64,000 nucleotides of DNA from Candidatus Multivorans sp. (lineage in GTDB: Bacteria; Acidobacteriota; Thermoanaerobaculia; Multivoradales; Multivoraceae). Shown here piece after piece: positions 1 through 9,718 of this stretch. The position numbers and the translations under genes are program-made. The notes under the pieces were generated by a model, which worked only from the letters and a program-made list of their open reading frames with translations, was not told where the DNA came from and did not search any database. Position 1 is the first letter of the stretch. Each line of letters opens with the position of its first letter. Where the stretch lies: NCBI GenBank assembly GCA_965247095.1, contig OZ251997.1:3392001-3456000 (forward strand). Direction: 5' to 3'.

Positions 1-2
1 AA

Positions 3-296
3 CGGCCCATCGTCCGCTCGGAGGACGATGCGAAAGCAACGAACCCGGCGAACCTGAACTCCCACAGCCCCAACTCCAGTTGGACAAGTACCCGAGATCT
101 CGCCGCGCTGATTCAGGAAGTGGTTGATCGGCCGGACTGGCAGGCGGGCAACGCCCTCGTGCTCCTGTTCGGCCGATCAGATGGAGGACAGCGGGACGCG
201 CGGTCCTTTGATGGCGCCGGTCGGCGTCTGGAGCACGCTCCCGCGCTGTACATCGAGTTGGCAGACGACGCTCCTGCGGGTCTCCTCAGACCTTGA
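3..296 (+). CDS. 3' end of a probable secreted/surface protein (partial, runs off window)
   Basis: Frame 3 is open from the window edge to TGA 294-296: ...SEDDA...RDLAALIQEVVDRPDWQAGNALVLLFG...ARSFDG...APALYIE, resembling a domain of large extracellular proteins. Confidence 0.5.
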   Translation, partial: RPIVRSEDDAKATNPANLNSHSPNSSWTSTRDLAALIQEVVDRPDWQAGNALVLLFGRSDGGQRDARSFDGAGRRLEHAPALYIELADDAPAGLLRP

Positions 297-378
297 CGCC
301 GACCGTCAGTGAACCGCGATAGCCGCCGTCCGTACCGCGGCACAGAACCCGGAGCTAGGATGCCCCGCGGAACCAAGA

Positions 379-1128
379 GTGAAGATCCTGGTCATCGCCG
401 ACGTGCACGGTAACGCCGAGGCTCTCTCGGCCGTCCTGGAGAAGGAGCGGGACGCCGACGTGACGATCTTCCTCGGTGACACCGTCCTCTCGGGCCCGCA
501 GCCGAACGAGACGATGGCGCTGCTCGGGGGCATCGACGGGACCCTCATCGCGGGCAATCACGACGTGGAGATGCTGGAGCCGGAGCGGTTCGAGAACTGG
601 CCGGCGCCGTGGCTGGCCTACACCCGTTGGATCGTCGACACCCTGGAGCCGCCGGGCTGGGAGTTGCTCCGCGGCCTCAAGCCCGAGGGGCCCTACGAGA
701 TCGGCGGCCTGCGCGTGTTCCTGCACCACGGCGTGCTGCCCGACGAGCCGCAGCAGGCACTGCCCGACACGGCCGACGATCGGTTGATGGCCCTGGCCAG
801 GGGCTCGGACTGCCCCCTGGTGCTCTTCGGCCACTCGCACATCCAGTTCCGGCGCACGATCGACGGGCAGGAGTTCATCAACCCCGGCAGTGTCGGCCAG
901 CCGCGCTGCGGTCGGCGGGTTGCCTGCTACGGATTGATCGAGGACGGCGCGTTCCGTCACTGCCAGGTCGAGTACGACCCCGGTCCCTGGCTCGAGGCGC
1001 TCGACGGCGTCCGGCCGCTCGACGGGTTTCCGAGGTTCCGGGAGTGGTTGAAACGGGCGCTGCTGAGTGGGTACGGGATCGGCGAGCGGCAGCCGTGGAC
1101 GCGGTATGCGCGGGAGGGGTACGTGTAG
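379..1128 (+). CDS. Metallophosphoesterase family protein (YfcE-like)
   Basis: Calcineurin-like motifs IADVHGN, LGDTV, GNHD, FGHSH, INPGSVGQPR. Confidence 0.9.
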   Translation: MKILVIADVHGNAEALSAVLEKERDADVTIFLGDTVLSGPQPNETMALLGGIDGTLIAGNHDVEMLEPERFENWPAPWLAYTRWIVDTLEPPGWELLRGLKPEGPYEIGGLRVFLHHGVLPDEPQQALPDTADDRLMALARGSDCPLVLFGHSHIQFRRTIDGQEFINPGSVGQPRCGRRVACYGLIEDGAFRHCQVEYDPGPWLEALDGVRPLDGFPRFREWLKRALLSGYGIGERQPWTRYAREGYV

Positions 1129-1145
1129 CCGGCGTATCCAGTGGC

Positions 1146-1637
1146 CTAGATCTCCTCCACCGCCGGAGCCCGCACCCAGGTCGCTTCCAGTCGTTCCACG
1201 TTGAGCGGCATGCCGATGTAGAAGGCGCGGTCCTTCTTCAGCTTCTCGATGTTCACGAGGGGGTAGCAGACCGGGATGTTGTTGCCCAGCATGTTGCGGT
1301 GCGTGGGCGAGTTGTGGGGCTGCGGCGCCTGGAAGTCCGACTCGAAGCGGATGCCGGGGAAGCCGACGGCCAGCAGCTTCGTTCTCCCCGGTGAGCATGG
1401 GCGCGAAGCCCGAGCCGCAGATCAGGACATCGGTCTGGGCCACGAGGGCACGGGCCGGTTCGAGGACCTTGTGGCTGGTGGCGGCGGCGTCCAGCACGAC
1501 GGTGCCGGCCGCGACAGGAAGCCGCGGCGGAACGAGAAGACGCGCTCTCCCGTCGCCGCGTCGACGTAGACGACCACCACGTGGTCCTCCGGCCCGCTCC
1601 GCGGCACCAGGCGGCTGGTGTCGACACCTGCCTTCAA
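1146..1637 (-). pseudogene. Chimeric remnant: PfkB-family kinase pieces joined to the C-terminus of a cyclase/kynurenine formamidase-like protein
   Basis: Three frames give AGVDTSRLV...VVYVDAATGERVF, TVVLDA...LVAQTDVLIC and HRNMLGNNIPVCYPLVNIEKL...IGMPLNVERLEATWVRA..EEI*; no intact ORF. Confidence 0.6.
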
Positions 1638-1655
1638 GGCGGGTGTCCAAGCCGG

Positions 1656-2393
1656 CTACTCGGCGGGCTTGCGGAGCGGTGTCCGCGCGGAGAGCTTGCG
1701 TTCGAGACGACCAAGCTCTTTCTCGATTCCGGGGCGGACATGCGGCGCCGCGAAGGCCAGCAGGGCCATGTGGAAGCCACACAGACTCTTGAGCCGGAAG
1801 ACCTCGTCGTCGAGAACGCCGTATGCCCACTGGTCGAGCGCGAGCTCCCAGCCCACATGGAGCTGCACCTCGAGGAACTGTTGGCCCACGATGTTGCGCA
1901 GTTGCCCGTCGGCGAGGGCCTCGGTGATCGCGGCGCGAATCGCGTCCTTGGAAGACCTGAAGTGCTCCCCCTCGTCCTGCTCGTTAAGTCTTGCCCAGGA
2001 GCCGGTCCTGAAGTCCGCCACGATGAGCGGCCGCAGCAGGTCGCCGTTGTCGACTACGTAACGGAGAATGCCCTCCATGGCTCTCGACGCCCGGAGCAAG
2101 GGGTCGCGGGAGGCGCCGACGCCGGTGTCGGTGGCCGGCGCCTCCAGACGCCCCACCGAGTCCTGGATCAGCGCCTGCAGGATCTCTTCGCGGGAGCCCA
2201 GCAGGTTGTAGAGCGTGGTGACGCTCAGGCCGGCCTGACGGGCCAGCTTGCGCATCGAGAGACCCTCGGGCCCCGCCTCCTGGAGAAGGGCGCGGGCAGA
2301 CTCCAGAATGCGTAGCCGCCGTGCCGCTACGTTCGCTTCGCGTCGATTCGTCGGCCCGCCAGCCTTGGGGCTCTTGGCTTCGGGGGTCGTCAT
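1656..2393 (-). CDS. TetR/AcrR family transcriptional regulator
   Basis: N-terminal HTH RILESARALL...GLSMRKLARQAGLSVTTLYNLLGSREEI. Confidence 0.9.
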   Translation of the reverse strand: MTTPEAKSPKAGGPTNRREANVAARRLRILESARALLQEAGPEGLSMRKLARQAGLSVTTLYNLLGSREEILQALIQDSVGRLEAPATDTGVGASRDPLLRASRAMEGILRYVVDNGDLLRPLIVADFRTGSWARLNEQDEGEHFRSSKDAIRAAITEALADGQLRNIVGQQFLEVQLHVGWELALDQWAYGVLDDEVFRLKSLCGFHMALLAFAAPHVRPGIEKELGRLERKLSARTPLRKPAE

Positions 2394-2440
2394 AGGTGGG
2401 GTTTCCGCCCTGGAAGTTGTACGCCAGTCAATGGACCGGC

Positions 2441-2463
2441 AACATGTTACATTGTTTCAAGTT
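2441..2463. promoter_or_regulatory. Putative TetR operator, copy 1 (AACATGTTACATTGTTTCAAGTT)
   Basis: Imperfect 23-bp palindrome in the divergent intergenic region; 18/23 identical to 10828-10850. Confidence 0.6.
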
Positions 2464-2481
2464 TCCCGAAGGAGGACGATC

Positions 2482-3117
2482 GTGACAGGGATCAACGTGG
2501 CCGAGCTTGAGCCGGTAGGGGAGTTTGGATCGAAGGCGTGGTGCGAGGCGTGCGCCAGGTACGGGGTGCAACTCCTGGAAGACGGCGATCTTCCGGCCGA
2601 CATCGAGTGGGGATTCAGCGAGATCTACACCCATCCCCCGGCGAGGCTGCTTGAGGGCGACCGCGAGATGTCGGCCTACTACATCATGGTCAAGGACGGC
2701 CGGATCACGGGTGGCGACGGCGCCCCAGAGGAGTGCCGCGCGCTGCCGGGCTTCCACGTGAAGCTCCCGTGGGCGTCGATCTGCAACCAGTCGGGGTCCA
2801 AGTACGGCCGCGAGGGTCAGATGAGGCGCTCCGCCCAGGAGAAGGTGATGTTCCAGCAGATCGAGGAGCATGTGGGGCGGCCGAATCCCCTTGGACTGGG
2901 CGGCGGTCCCAAGCACGTGTGGCCCCGGGAAGTCGGGATGGCGCTGGGGAAGGGCGCGGAGGAAGGCGGCGGTCTGCACAACATCGCCGCCAGCCTGCAG
3001 AACCCGTCCCCTGAGTTCGCGGAGATGCCGACGACCGACATGGGCGTCCCGGACTTCGAGGCGATGACCGAGGAACAGAAGCAGCGCTTCCTGGGGCTCC
3101 TCGCGGTCGAAGTCTGA
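2482..3117 (+). CDS. Hypothetical protein, divergent from TetR
   Basis: GTG at 2482 after AGGAGG; protein-like sequence (EFGSKAWCEACA...WGFSEIYTHPP); function not recognised. Confidence 0.7.
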   Translation: MTGINVAELEPVGEFGSKAWCEACARYGVQLLEDGDLPADIEWGFSEIYTHPPARLLEGDREMSAYYIMVKDGRITGGDGAPEECRALPGFHVKLPWASICNQSGSKYGREGQMRRSAQEKVMFQQIEEHVGRPNPLGLGGGPKHVWPREVGMALGKGAEEGGGLHNIAASLQNPSPEFAEMPTTDMGVPDFEAMTEEQKQRFLGLLAVEV

Positions 3118-3151
3118 GGCCGGGCCGGGGACGGCGCCGCGGGCCGACTCG

Positions 3152-5775
3152 TCACGGACTCCCATCCAGGGCGAACCGCGCGGCCGTCTCGTACGTCGCC
3201 CCCACCGGCTCGCCGTTCTCCATCGCCGGCCGGAAGACCGAGCGCCTCGCCGCCGCGACGGCGCTCTCGGTGAGACCGTGGGGCAACCCCTCCAGCACCT
3301 CGACGTCGACGACGCAGCCCTCCTCGTCGATGCTGGCGCGCAGGGTCACCGTGCCCTCGGCGCCCGCGCGCCGCGCCTCGTCGGTGTACTCGTGGGCGAC
3401 TTGGTAGATCATCTCGCCCGGTTCGCGGTCTGAGTTCGCGGTGGTGCCGGCCGGCGGGTCGTCGCCGGTCTCCGCTGCCGCCGAACCGCGCGTGTGACAG
3501 ACGAGGATCCTCGCCCGGTCGGGGATCGGGCCCTCGGGCGAGATGGCCAGGATGCTCCTGGCCTCGGCGACGCCGTGTTCGGACCGGCCGGAGTCGATCA
3601 GCAGCCTGGCGAGGCTGTAGCGGGGCGCCACGGACGCCTCGTCGTCCATGACCTCGATCACGCGGCGGAAGGCCTCCTCTGCCTCGAGCACGTCCTGCTC
3701 CGTGCGGCCGGGCTTGTCGAAGAGGGCCACGCCCAGCGCGTTGTAGGCCCGCGCTCGCAAGCGGATGTCCTCTTCCACCCTCGCGCCGGGGCCGCGTTTG
3801 GTCAGGTCCAGCGCCCGGCGCGCGGCGCTGGCCATCTGTTCGAGATCTGAGCGTTGGTAGTGGGCCGCCGCCTCGGCGAGCCACCGCTCGGGCGTATTCG
3901 GCAGGGTTGGCGCCTCGGCGGCCTCGGTCGGGGCGTTGCCGGCGTCCAGGTCAAACGCGACGACGGAGGTCGTGGCGGCGAGGTCGTCGCGCACGCCTAC
4001 AGCGACGCGATGCGGCCCGGGTCCGGTGACCACGTCGAACACGAAGGGCCACGAGCGCTGGCGGGCCTCGTCGATCTCGCCCGCCTGCACGAGAACCGGT
4101 ACGGAGTGCTCCGTGACTTCGGAGATGCGCCCCTCGCTGTCGATCAACTGCACCCAGACGCGGAACCTGGCCTCGTGATCCCCGCCCTTCGGCGCCAGAC
4201 TGAGCGAACCGATGGGCACAGTGACCAGGAGCCTCGACTGGATGTCGCCGTTCTCGAGCCGGAGTTGGCTGTCTGGGCCGCGGACCGGCGCAACGCTGAC
4301 CCCCATCGAGTTGGCGGTCTCTCCCAACGTCAGGGCCGCCAACGTCATGTCCGCCATCTCCACGGGCACCGGCTTGTCGACATAGCTGTCGCGGTGACGA
4401 AGCGTGAGGCGTCCGCGATGGCGCTCTCGCGCCTCCTCGGTCAACTTGACCTCGATGCGGTGACTGCGCCCGCGCTCGATGTGGGTCGGCGGCCGCGTTC
4501 GCGACGATGGCGGGGACGGGGCCGACGGCGAACGCGGTAAGTAACCGAGCGAATAGCGGTTCTGGAGGTCGCTCGCGATGCGGTCGAACCCGCCCGCGAA
4601 GTTGCGCGTGTTGACGATCGCCCTCCCGCCGGTGCGATCGGCCAGGCGGAGCAGCGGCTCCTCGAGATTGCTGGCGCGGGTGAAGTCGATGCTGGAGGAG
4701 AAGCGAAGGTCCGCGGTGTTCATGCCGCTGAGACGCACTCCGGCCGCGGCCACGCTATGGAAGGTGACGCGGTTGGCATTGGCGAGCGAGGCGAGCTCTT
4801 CGAATCGCCGCGAAAGGTCGTACTGGAAGGCCTCGAGGGAGGCGTTCGCGGCATCGATACTCCTTGGGTTTCGGTTGACTAAACGCGAGTTGCTGACGGC
4901 GCGCCACCGCCCCGCGTATCGTTGAACCGCTCCTCGACCGCCCTGAAGAGGTCCTCCGCCGGTCGCATGGGCAGCCCGTTGCTGATGTAGAGAATCGCCT
5001 TGCGCCCCGGCAGGCCCGCCATCGTCTGGATCGCGTTCTCCAGGTTCACGATCGAGGCGTCGACCTCGTTTCTGACCGTTGCGGCGAAGTTGCGGATCAG
5101 TCCCATCACCACGAGGTAGCTGACCTCATCGTTTTCGCCGTTCAGCACGCGCAGGATGTCGAGGCGCTCCGACTCGGTCCTCTCGCGGCTGCCGACGACC
5201 CTCCCGACCTCGTGGGTCGCCTCGGCGACACGCCAGGCCTCGGTGGTGAAGGGGAGCGCGACCTCGTACCTGCCCCGATCGAAGACGGCGAGCATCACGC
5301 GGTCGTGCGGGCTGAGCTGGACGCTCAGGAAGTTGCGCAGAAAGGGCAGCAACCGGTTGCGGTCCGTGGGCGTCAGGTTGGCGCTGTCGATGTAGACCAT
5401 CAGGCTCAGCCGGTGCTCCGGCGGCGGCGCCTCGGCCGGGATGAAGCGATCCAGGTCGCTGGGCCGCGGCTGAGCGCCGCGAGAGCCCCGTGCCGTCCGC
5501 TGGCGCGCGCCCGCGTCCAGACCGTCCGTGAACTCGTAGAAGTTCGACAGCTCCACCGGCCGACCGTTCTCGCGCACCTCGAAGTCGCCGGCCGTGAGAT
5601 CCGTCACCGGGTTGCCGTCGCGGTCGGTTACCCAGACGTCGACGTTGACGACACGCACGTCGATCGTCTCGGCGAAGGTCGAGGGCGCCTCCGAGGGCTC
5701 GGGCTGCGCCCGGGCGGCGCCGTTCACGGAGCACAGCAGAAGGGCCGCCGCGAGCCCGACCTTTACGGCCCGCAT
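3152..5775 (-). pseudogene. Frameshifted acidobacterial VWA-domain protein with C-terminal TPR-like and TonB-C domains
   Basis: Signal peptide, VRVVNVDVWVTDRDGNPVTDL and LPGRKAILYISNG in 4879..5817; continuation ...ELASLANANRVTFHSV...LADRTGG...YTDEARRAGAEGTVTLRASIDEEG in the 3152..4753 frame; shift near 4880-4920. Confidence 0.7.
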
Positions 5776-5844
5776 CCGTCCCCGGCGATCTCCACCCGCT
5801 TGAAGCAAGACGTCCATCCTCCACGAAGCGTATCGCTGGGTGCT

Positions 5845-8730
5845 TCAGGTCGAGTCGTGAAGCGTAACGATGCCTGCGTCGCCGTCGACGCTGATTTCCT
5901 GTCCCGAGGCGACGCGCTGCGTGACGTTGCCCGTGCCCACAACCGCGGGAATGCCGTACTCGCGGGCGACGATCGAGCCGTGACCGAGGATGCCGCCGAT
6001 GTCGGTGACCAGGCCCGAGGCGTGAGCGAACAGCGGCGTCCAGGCGGGATTGGTCATCGGGCAGACGAGGATGGCGCCGGACCGCATCTGGTCGAACTCC
6101 GGCGGCGACTTGATCAGGCTCGCGGGCGCGGTGACGGTGCCGGGGCTCACGGGGACTCCGCGCAGCGTGGGGCTGTCGGGATCGTTGCGTGCCTGGGTCT
6201 CCTTGAAGGCGATCGACGCGTTCTCGGTCGCTTCCGGGGGCACGGTGCCCGGCGGGTGAAGTCGCTTGCGCGCTTCCCGGAGTTCGCGCCGTCCGGCGGC
6301 GAGCGCGCCGAGACGGGGCCGGGCCTCGCCCTTCGCCCGCGCTTCGATCGCGTCGCGGATCTCACTGCTGACGCAGAAGTAGATGTCGTCGGGCCGGGCG
6401 AACGTGCCGGCGTCGACCAGGCGCCGTCCCAGCTCCGTCGCCAGCGAGCGCAGCACGGGCCAGGCGCTGCCGAGGTGGAACATCGTTTCCTCGCGGATGG
6501 AGTAGAAGCGGTAGGTGAACCAGAGGCGGAAGCGGAACTGCCAGCACTCGAGGCCGTCGAGGAGCTGCTCGATGTCCGCGAGGGCCTTCTTCCGCTTCGC
6601 CCTGGCGTCGATCCCGTGCCGCGCCGGGCTGTAGTCCCGGTTGGCGACCATGGTCTTGAGCGTCGCGAAGAACGGCGTCGGATCCTCGCTCTGCGGCGGC
6701 TCGACGAAGTCGAGCGTGTAGCCCTGGTGGCCAAAAGTCGCCAGGTAGTCGTGGATCGCCTGAAGCGCGGGTCCGCTCGCCGGGTGCTGCTCCAGCGCGT
6801 CCTGGAGCCGCAACGCCGGCGTCGTCATCACCAGCTCCCACAGCGAGTCGTCGGCACGGATGCGCTTGCAGACCTCGTAGATCGCGTCGTTCGCTTCCAT
6901 CGTCTTCGACTTGAAGCCGCTCAGGAACTGGCCGCTGGTGAAGTGGCGGTCCGGCAACGTCTCGCGCAGGAAGCACTGGAGCTGATCGTCGGTCGACTTG
7001 GCGACGCCGAAGGTGTGGCTGGTGTCGTTGGACCAGTAGTCGCCCTCCGCCACGCCGAGGTCCACGATCCCCTGGAGCAGGGTCTCGTCTGACGCCGTCG
7101 CCCGGTCGACCGCGCGCCACTTGTCGACGATCCCCAGGAGCCGCGGCAGGGTCTCTTCCGTCCACTTCTTCAGGACCCGCTCGTTCCACTGGGTGCGGTT
7201 GAATGCGATGTAGGTCGGGTTCTTGCTCTCGGGCATGGTCACCCGCTGCGCCAGGTCTTCGAGCTCCGCCGACGCGGCCCACTCGTCGAAGGCCCGGCGC
7301 TCGTCGACGGTGAGCGACTCCAGGAAGAGTCCGAGATCGTGCTCGGCTGCCTGCGCGCTCGCGATCCTGGATTGCTCGCGCTTCTCGGCCGCCTCCAGTT
7401 CCGCGGCCTCCAGGTCGGCCTCGGTCGGCTGTCGGGCCTCCTTGCCGTCCTGATCCGGGAAGAGCTGCGGCCAGTCGGCGCGCTGGTAGGCGAAACCGTT
7501 CATGGTCACGAAGATCGGACCGCCGCCGATCATCAGGCTCCGGCCCTTGCGGACGTTCTCGAGACCCACGGTCAGGTAGAGCTCCTCGAACAGCGGGCAG
7601 ATGGGGTCGGGCATGTTCTCGACGATCTGGCGGCGCGTCAGGACGCGGGCCGGAGGGGTCGGCACCCACTCCACCTCGATCGGCTGGGGCGGCAGGTTCG
7701 TGATCGGCCGCGATTGCAGCAGGAAGAGTTGGCCGCCCGAGATCGCCCACTCGATGTCCTGGGGTACGCCGCCCATCAGTGCCTCGACCTCGACGCCGAG
7801 TTCGACGAGTTCACGGATGGCTTCGGGCGACAGCGACGATCGGCCTCGCTCCGCCTCGGCGATCTCCTCGAGCCGCGTTCCCTGCTCACCGTCCTGGACG
7901 ATCTGCTGTTCCTTCGTGCCGATCACCGTCTCGGTGGCCTGCCGCGACTCGCGGTCAACCACGTAGGTGTCGGGCGTCACCTGCCCGCCGACGATGGCCT
8001 CGCCGAGTCCGAAGCTGGCGTTGACGATCGCCTCGGAGCGTTCGCCGGTCGCCGGATTGGCGGTGAACAGGATGCCCGAGATCTCGGACGGCACCATGAT
8101 CTGCACGACGACGGCCATGGCCACCTTGCCTTGGTCGATGCCCATCTGGTGGCGGTAGGCGATCGCGCGGGGCGTCCAGAGCGACGCCCAGCAGTCGCGC
8201 ACCGCCTGAACCACGGCGTCCTCACCGCGCACGTTGAGGTAGGTGTCCTGCTGGCCGGCGAAGGAGGCTTCCGGGAGATCCTCGGCGTTGGCCGACGAGC
8301 GCACCGCCACCGGCGGGTTCCGATAACGCGGCGGAAACGGCCTCCTGGGAACGCGGGCGTCTCGCCCGCATCCGGCGCGAAGGGCCGGTCCGGCGGCCTC
8401 TAGACATCGGTAGGCGGCGACGATCTCGGAGGCCGCAAGGTCGGAGAGGGCGGGCTCGCCCAGGTGTCCCTGGATCGCGGCCGACGCCCTGTCGAAGGAC
8501 ATGGCGCCGTTCGCGAGTTGCGGCTTGGCGAGCGCGACGATGCGCTGCTGCAGACCGTGCTCGGCAACGAAGGCCCGGTAGGCGGCCGTGGTGACGTGGA
8601 ATCCGTTCGGCACCGCGAATCCGGCGCCCGACGCCCGCGCCAGCGAGCGGCCCTTGCCGCCCAGGAGCTCGAGGTCGTCATCCCGCGTGTCGAGCGGACG
8701 GACGAATTGTGTTGCCGTTCGCGACTTCAT
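5845..8730 (-). CDS. PEP/pyruvate-binding domain phosphotransferase (PEP-synthase / rifampin-phosphotransferase-like architecture)
   Basis: GGKG, VAVRSSANAED..ASFAGQQDTYLN, QDIEWA, LQSRPIT (ATP-grasp) and C-terminal swivel domain GGILGHGSIVAREYGIP. Confidence 0.85.
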   Translation of the reverse strand: MKSRTATQFVRPLDTRDDDLELLGGKGRSLARASGAGFAVPNGFHVTTAAYRAFVAEHGLQQRIVALAKPQLANGAMSFDRASAAIQGHLGEPALSDLAASEIVAAYRCLEAAGPALRAGCGRDARVPRRPFPPRYRNPPVAVRSSANAEDLPEASFAGQQDTYLNVRGEDAVVQAVRDCWASLWTPRAIAYRHQMGIDQGKVAMAVVVQIMVPSEISGILFTANPATGERSEAIVNASFGLGEAIVGGQVTPDTYVVDRESRQATETVIGTKEQQIVQDGEQGTRLEEIAEAERGRSSLSPEAIRELVELGVEVEALMGGVPQDIEWAISGGQLFLLQSRPITNLPPQPIEVEWVPTPPARVLTRRQIVENMPDPICPLFEELYLTVGLENVRKGRSLMIGGGPIFVTMNGFAYQRADWPQLFPDQDGKEARQPTEADLEAAELEAAEKREQSRIASAQAAEHDLGLFLESLTVDERRAFDEWAASAELEDLAQRVTMPESKNPTYIAFNRTQWNERVLKKWTEETLPRLLGIVDKWRAVDRATASDETLLQGIVDLGVAEGDYWSNDTSHTFGVAKSTDDQLQCFLRETLPDRHFTSGQFLSGFKSKTMEANDAIYEVCKRIRADDSLWELVMTTPALRLQDALEQHPASGPALQAIHDYLATFGHQGYTLDFVEPPQSEDPTPFFATLKTMVANRDYSPARHGIDARAKRKKALADIEQLLDGLECWQFRFRLWFTYRFYSIREETMFHLGSAWPVLRSLATELGRRLVDAGTFARPDDIYFCVSSEIRDAIEARAKGEARPRLGALAAGRRELREARKRLHPPGTVPPEATENASIAFKETQARNDPDSPTLRGVPVSPGTVTAPASLIKSPPEFDQMRSGAILVCPMTNPAWTPLFAHASGLVTDIGGILGHGSIVAREYGIPAVVGTGNVTQRVASGQEISVDGDAGIVTLHDST
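8344..8390 (+). repeat. REP-like hairpin repeat, inside the phosphotransferase CDS
   Basis: CCTGGGAAC-GCGGGCG-TCT-CGCCCGC-AT-CCGGCGCGAAGGGCCGG; same family as 8870, 15818, 43266, 44535 and 45165. Confidence 0.8.
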
Positions 8731-8757
8731 TGGTTCCGTTCCGATCCTGGGAACCCG

Positions 8758-8855
8758 GGCACCGCGAATCCGGCACCCGACGCCCGCGCGAGCGAGCGGC
8801 CCTTGCCGCCCAGGAGCTCGAGGTCGTCATCCCGCGTGTCGAGCGGGCGGACGAA
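8758..8855 (-). repeat. 98-bp duplicate of the 5' coding region of the phosphotransferase (8609..8706)
   Basis: 95/98 identical; bracketed by CCTGGGAAC at 8746 and 8856. Confidence 0.95.
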
Positions 8856-8912
8856 CCTGGGAACGCGACCCTGGGAACGCGGGCATCCTGCCCGCATTTC
8901 CGGCTCCGGCCG
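8856..8912 (+). repeat. REP-like hairpin repeat with tandem CCTGGGAACGCG heads
   Basis: CCTGGGAACGCG-AC-CCTGGGAACGCGGGCATCCTGCCCGCAT. Confidence 0.8.
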
Positions 8913-8939
8913 GCCCCCTGGAATCACAAACGTCATGGC

Positions 8940-9716
8940 TTAGTTCCAGAACCGGTCCAGCCGCGTCCAGGACCGGATTGGAATCACCTCGCCGGTCAGG
9001 AGGTCCGACGCCGGCGAGGCGAGGAAGAGACAGAGATCGGCGACATGCTCGGGGCCCGGCGGCCGCTCGAGGCGCGGCACGGGTGTCCCGTCCTCCTTCT
9101 CGGCCGGTTGGATGACGCCCCACTTCACCATCCCCGGCGTTGCGATCAACCCCGGCGCGACGCAGTTGACGCGGATGTTGTGCTGCGCCCACAGGAAGGC
9201 GAGGTTGTTGCTCAGGCTGATCACGCCCGCCTTGGCGGCCGAGTAGTGGAGCATCCCGGGGTTGCCCTTGGTCCCGGCCACCGACGAGATGTTGATGATG
9301 TTGCCGCTCTGCTGCTCGATCATCTGCTTGCCGGCGGCGATGCAGCCGAGCCAGGTGCCGGTCAGGTTGAGGTCGACGATGCGCTGCCACTCGTCGTAGG
9401 GTGTGTCCTCGGCCTTGCGCATCTTCGAGCCGCCGCCGGCGTTGTTGACCATGACGTCGAGCCGCCCGAAGGCCTCCACGGTCCTCGCGATGAGGCCGTC
9501 GACCTCGTCCGGGACGGTGATGTCGCAGCCGATGGCCAGGGCCGTGCCGCCGGCCGACTCGATCTCGGCGACGACGCCGTCGAGGTTCTCCTTCTTGCGC
9601 GAAGCGACGACGACCTTGGCGCCGGCCTCGGCGTAGGCCTTGGCGATGCAGGCGCCGATCCCACCGGCGCCACCGGTGACGATGGCGACCCTGTCGGTCA
9701 GATCGAGCTTGGACAT
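8940..9716 (-). CDS. SDR family oxidoreductase
   Basis: TGGAGGIG, NNAG, YSAAK, RVNCVAPG motifs. Confidence 0.92.
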   Translation of the reverse strand: MSKLDLTDRVAIVTGGAGGIGACIAKAYAEAGAKVVVASRKKENLDGVVAEIESAGGTALAIGCDITVPDEVDGLIARTVEAFGRLDVMVNNAGGGSKMRKAEDTPYDEWQRIVDLNLTGTWLGCIAAGKQMIEQQSGNIINISSVAGTKGNPGMLHYSAAKAGVISLSNNLAFLWAQHNIRVNCVAPGLIATPGMVKWGVIQPAEKEDGTPVPRLERPPGPEHVADLCLFLASPASDLLTGEVIPIRSWTRLDRFWN

Positions 9717-9718
9717 GC

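Noticed and set aside
5212-7092. Long ORFs antisense to real genes (also 11630..13681, 21867..24437, 43255..44691, 51185..52651, 54075..55814)
   Set aside because: Shadow ORFs expected at high GC, with no recognisable motifs.
5845-8730. Calling the gene rph (rifampin resistance) or ppsA
   Set aside because: Only the domain order is shared; the middle domain is unrecognised and the PpsA C-terminal barrel is absent.
8746-8912. CCTGGGAAC units resembling a mini CRISPR array
   Set aside because: The repeat is only 9-12 bp, spacing is irregular and no cas genes are present; the REP-like family explains it better.
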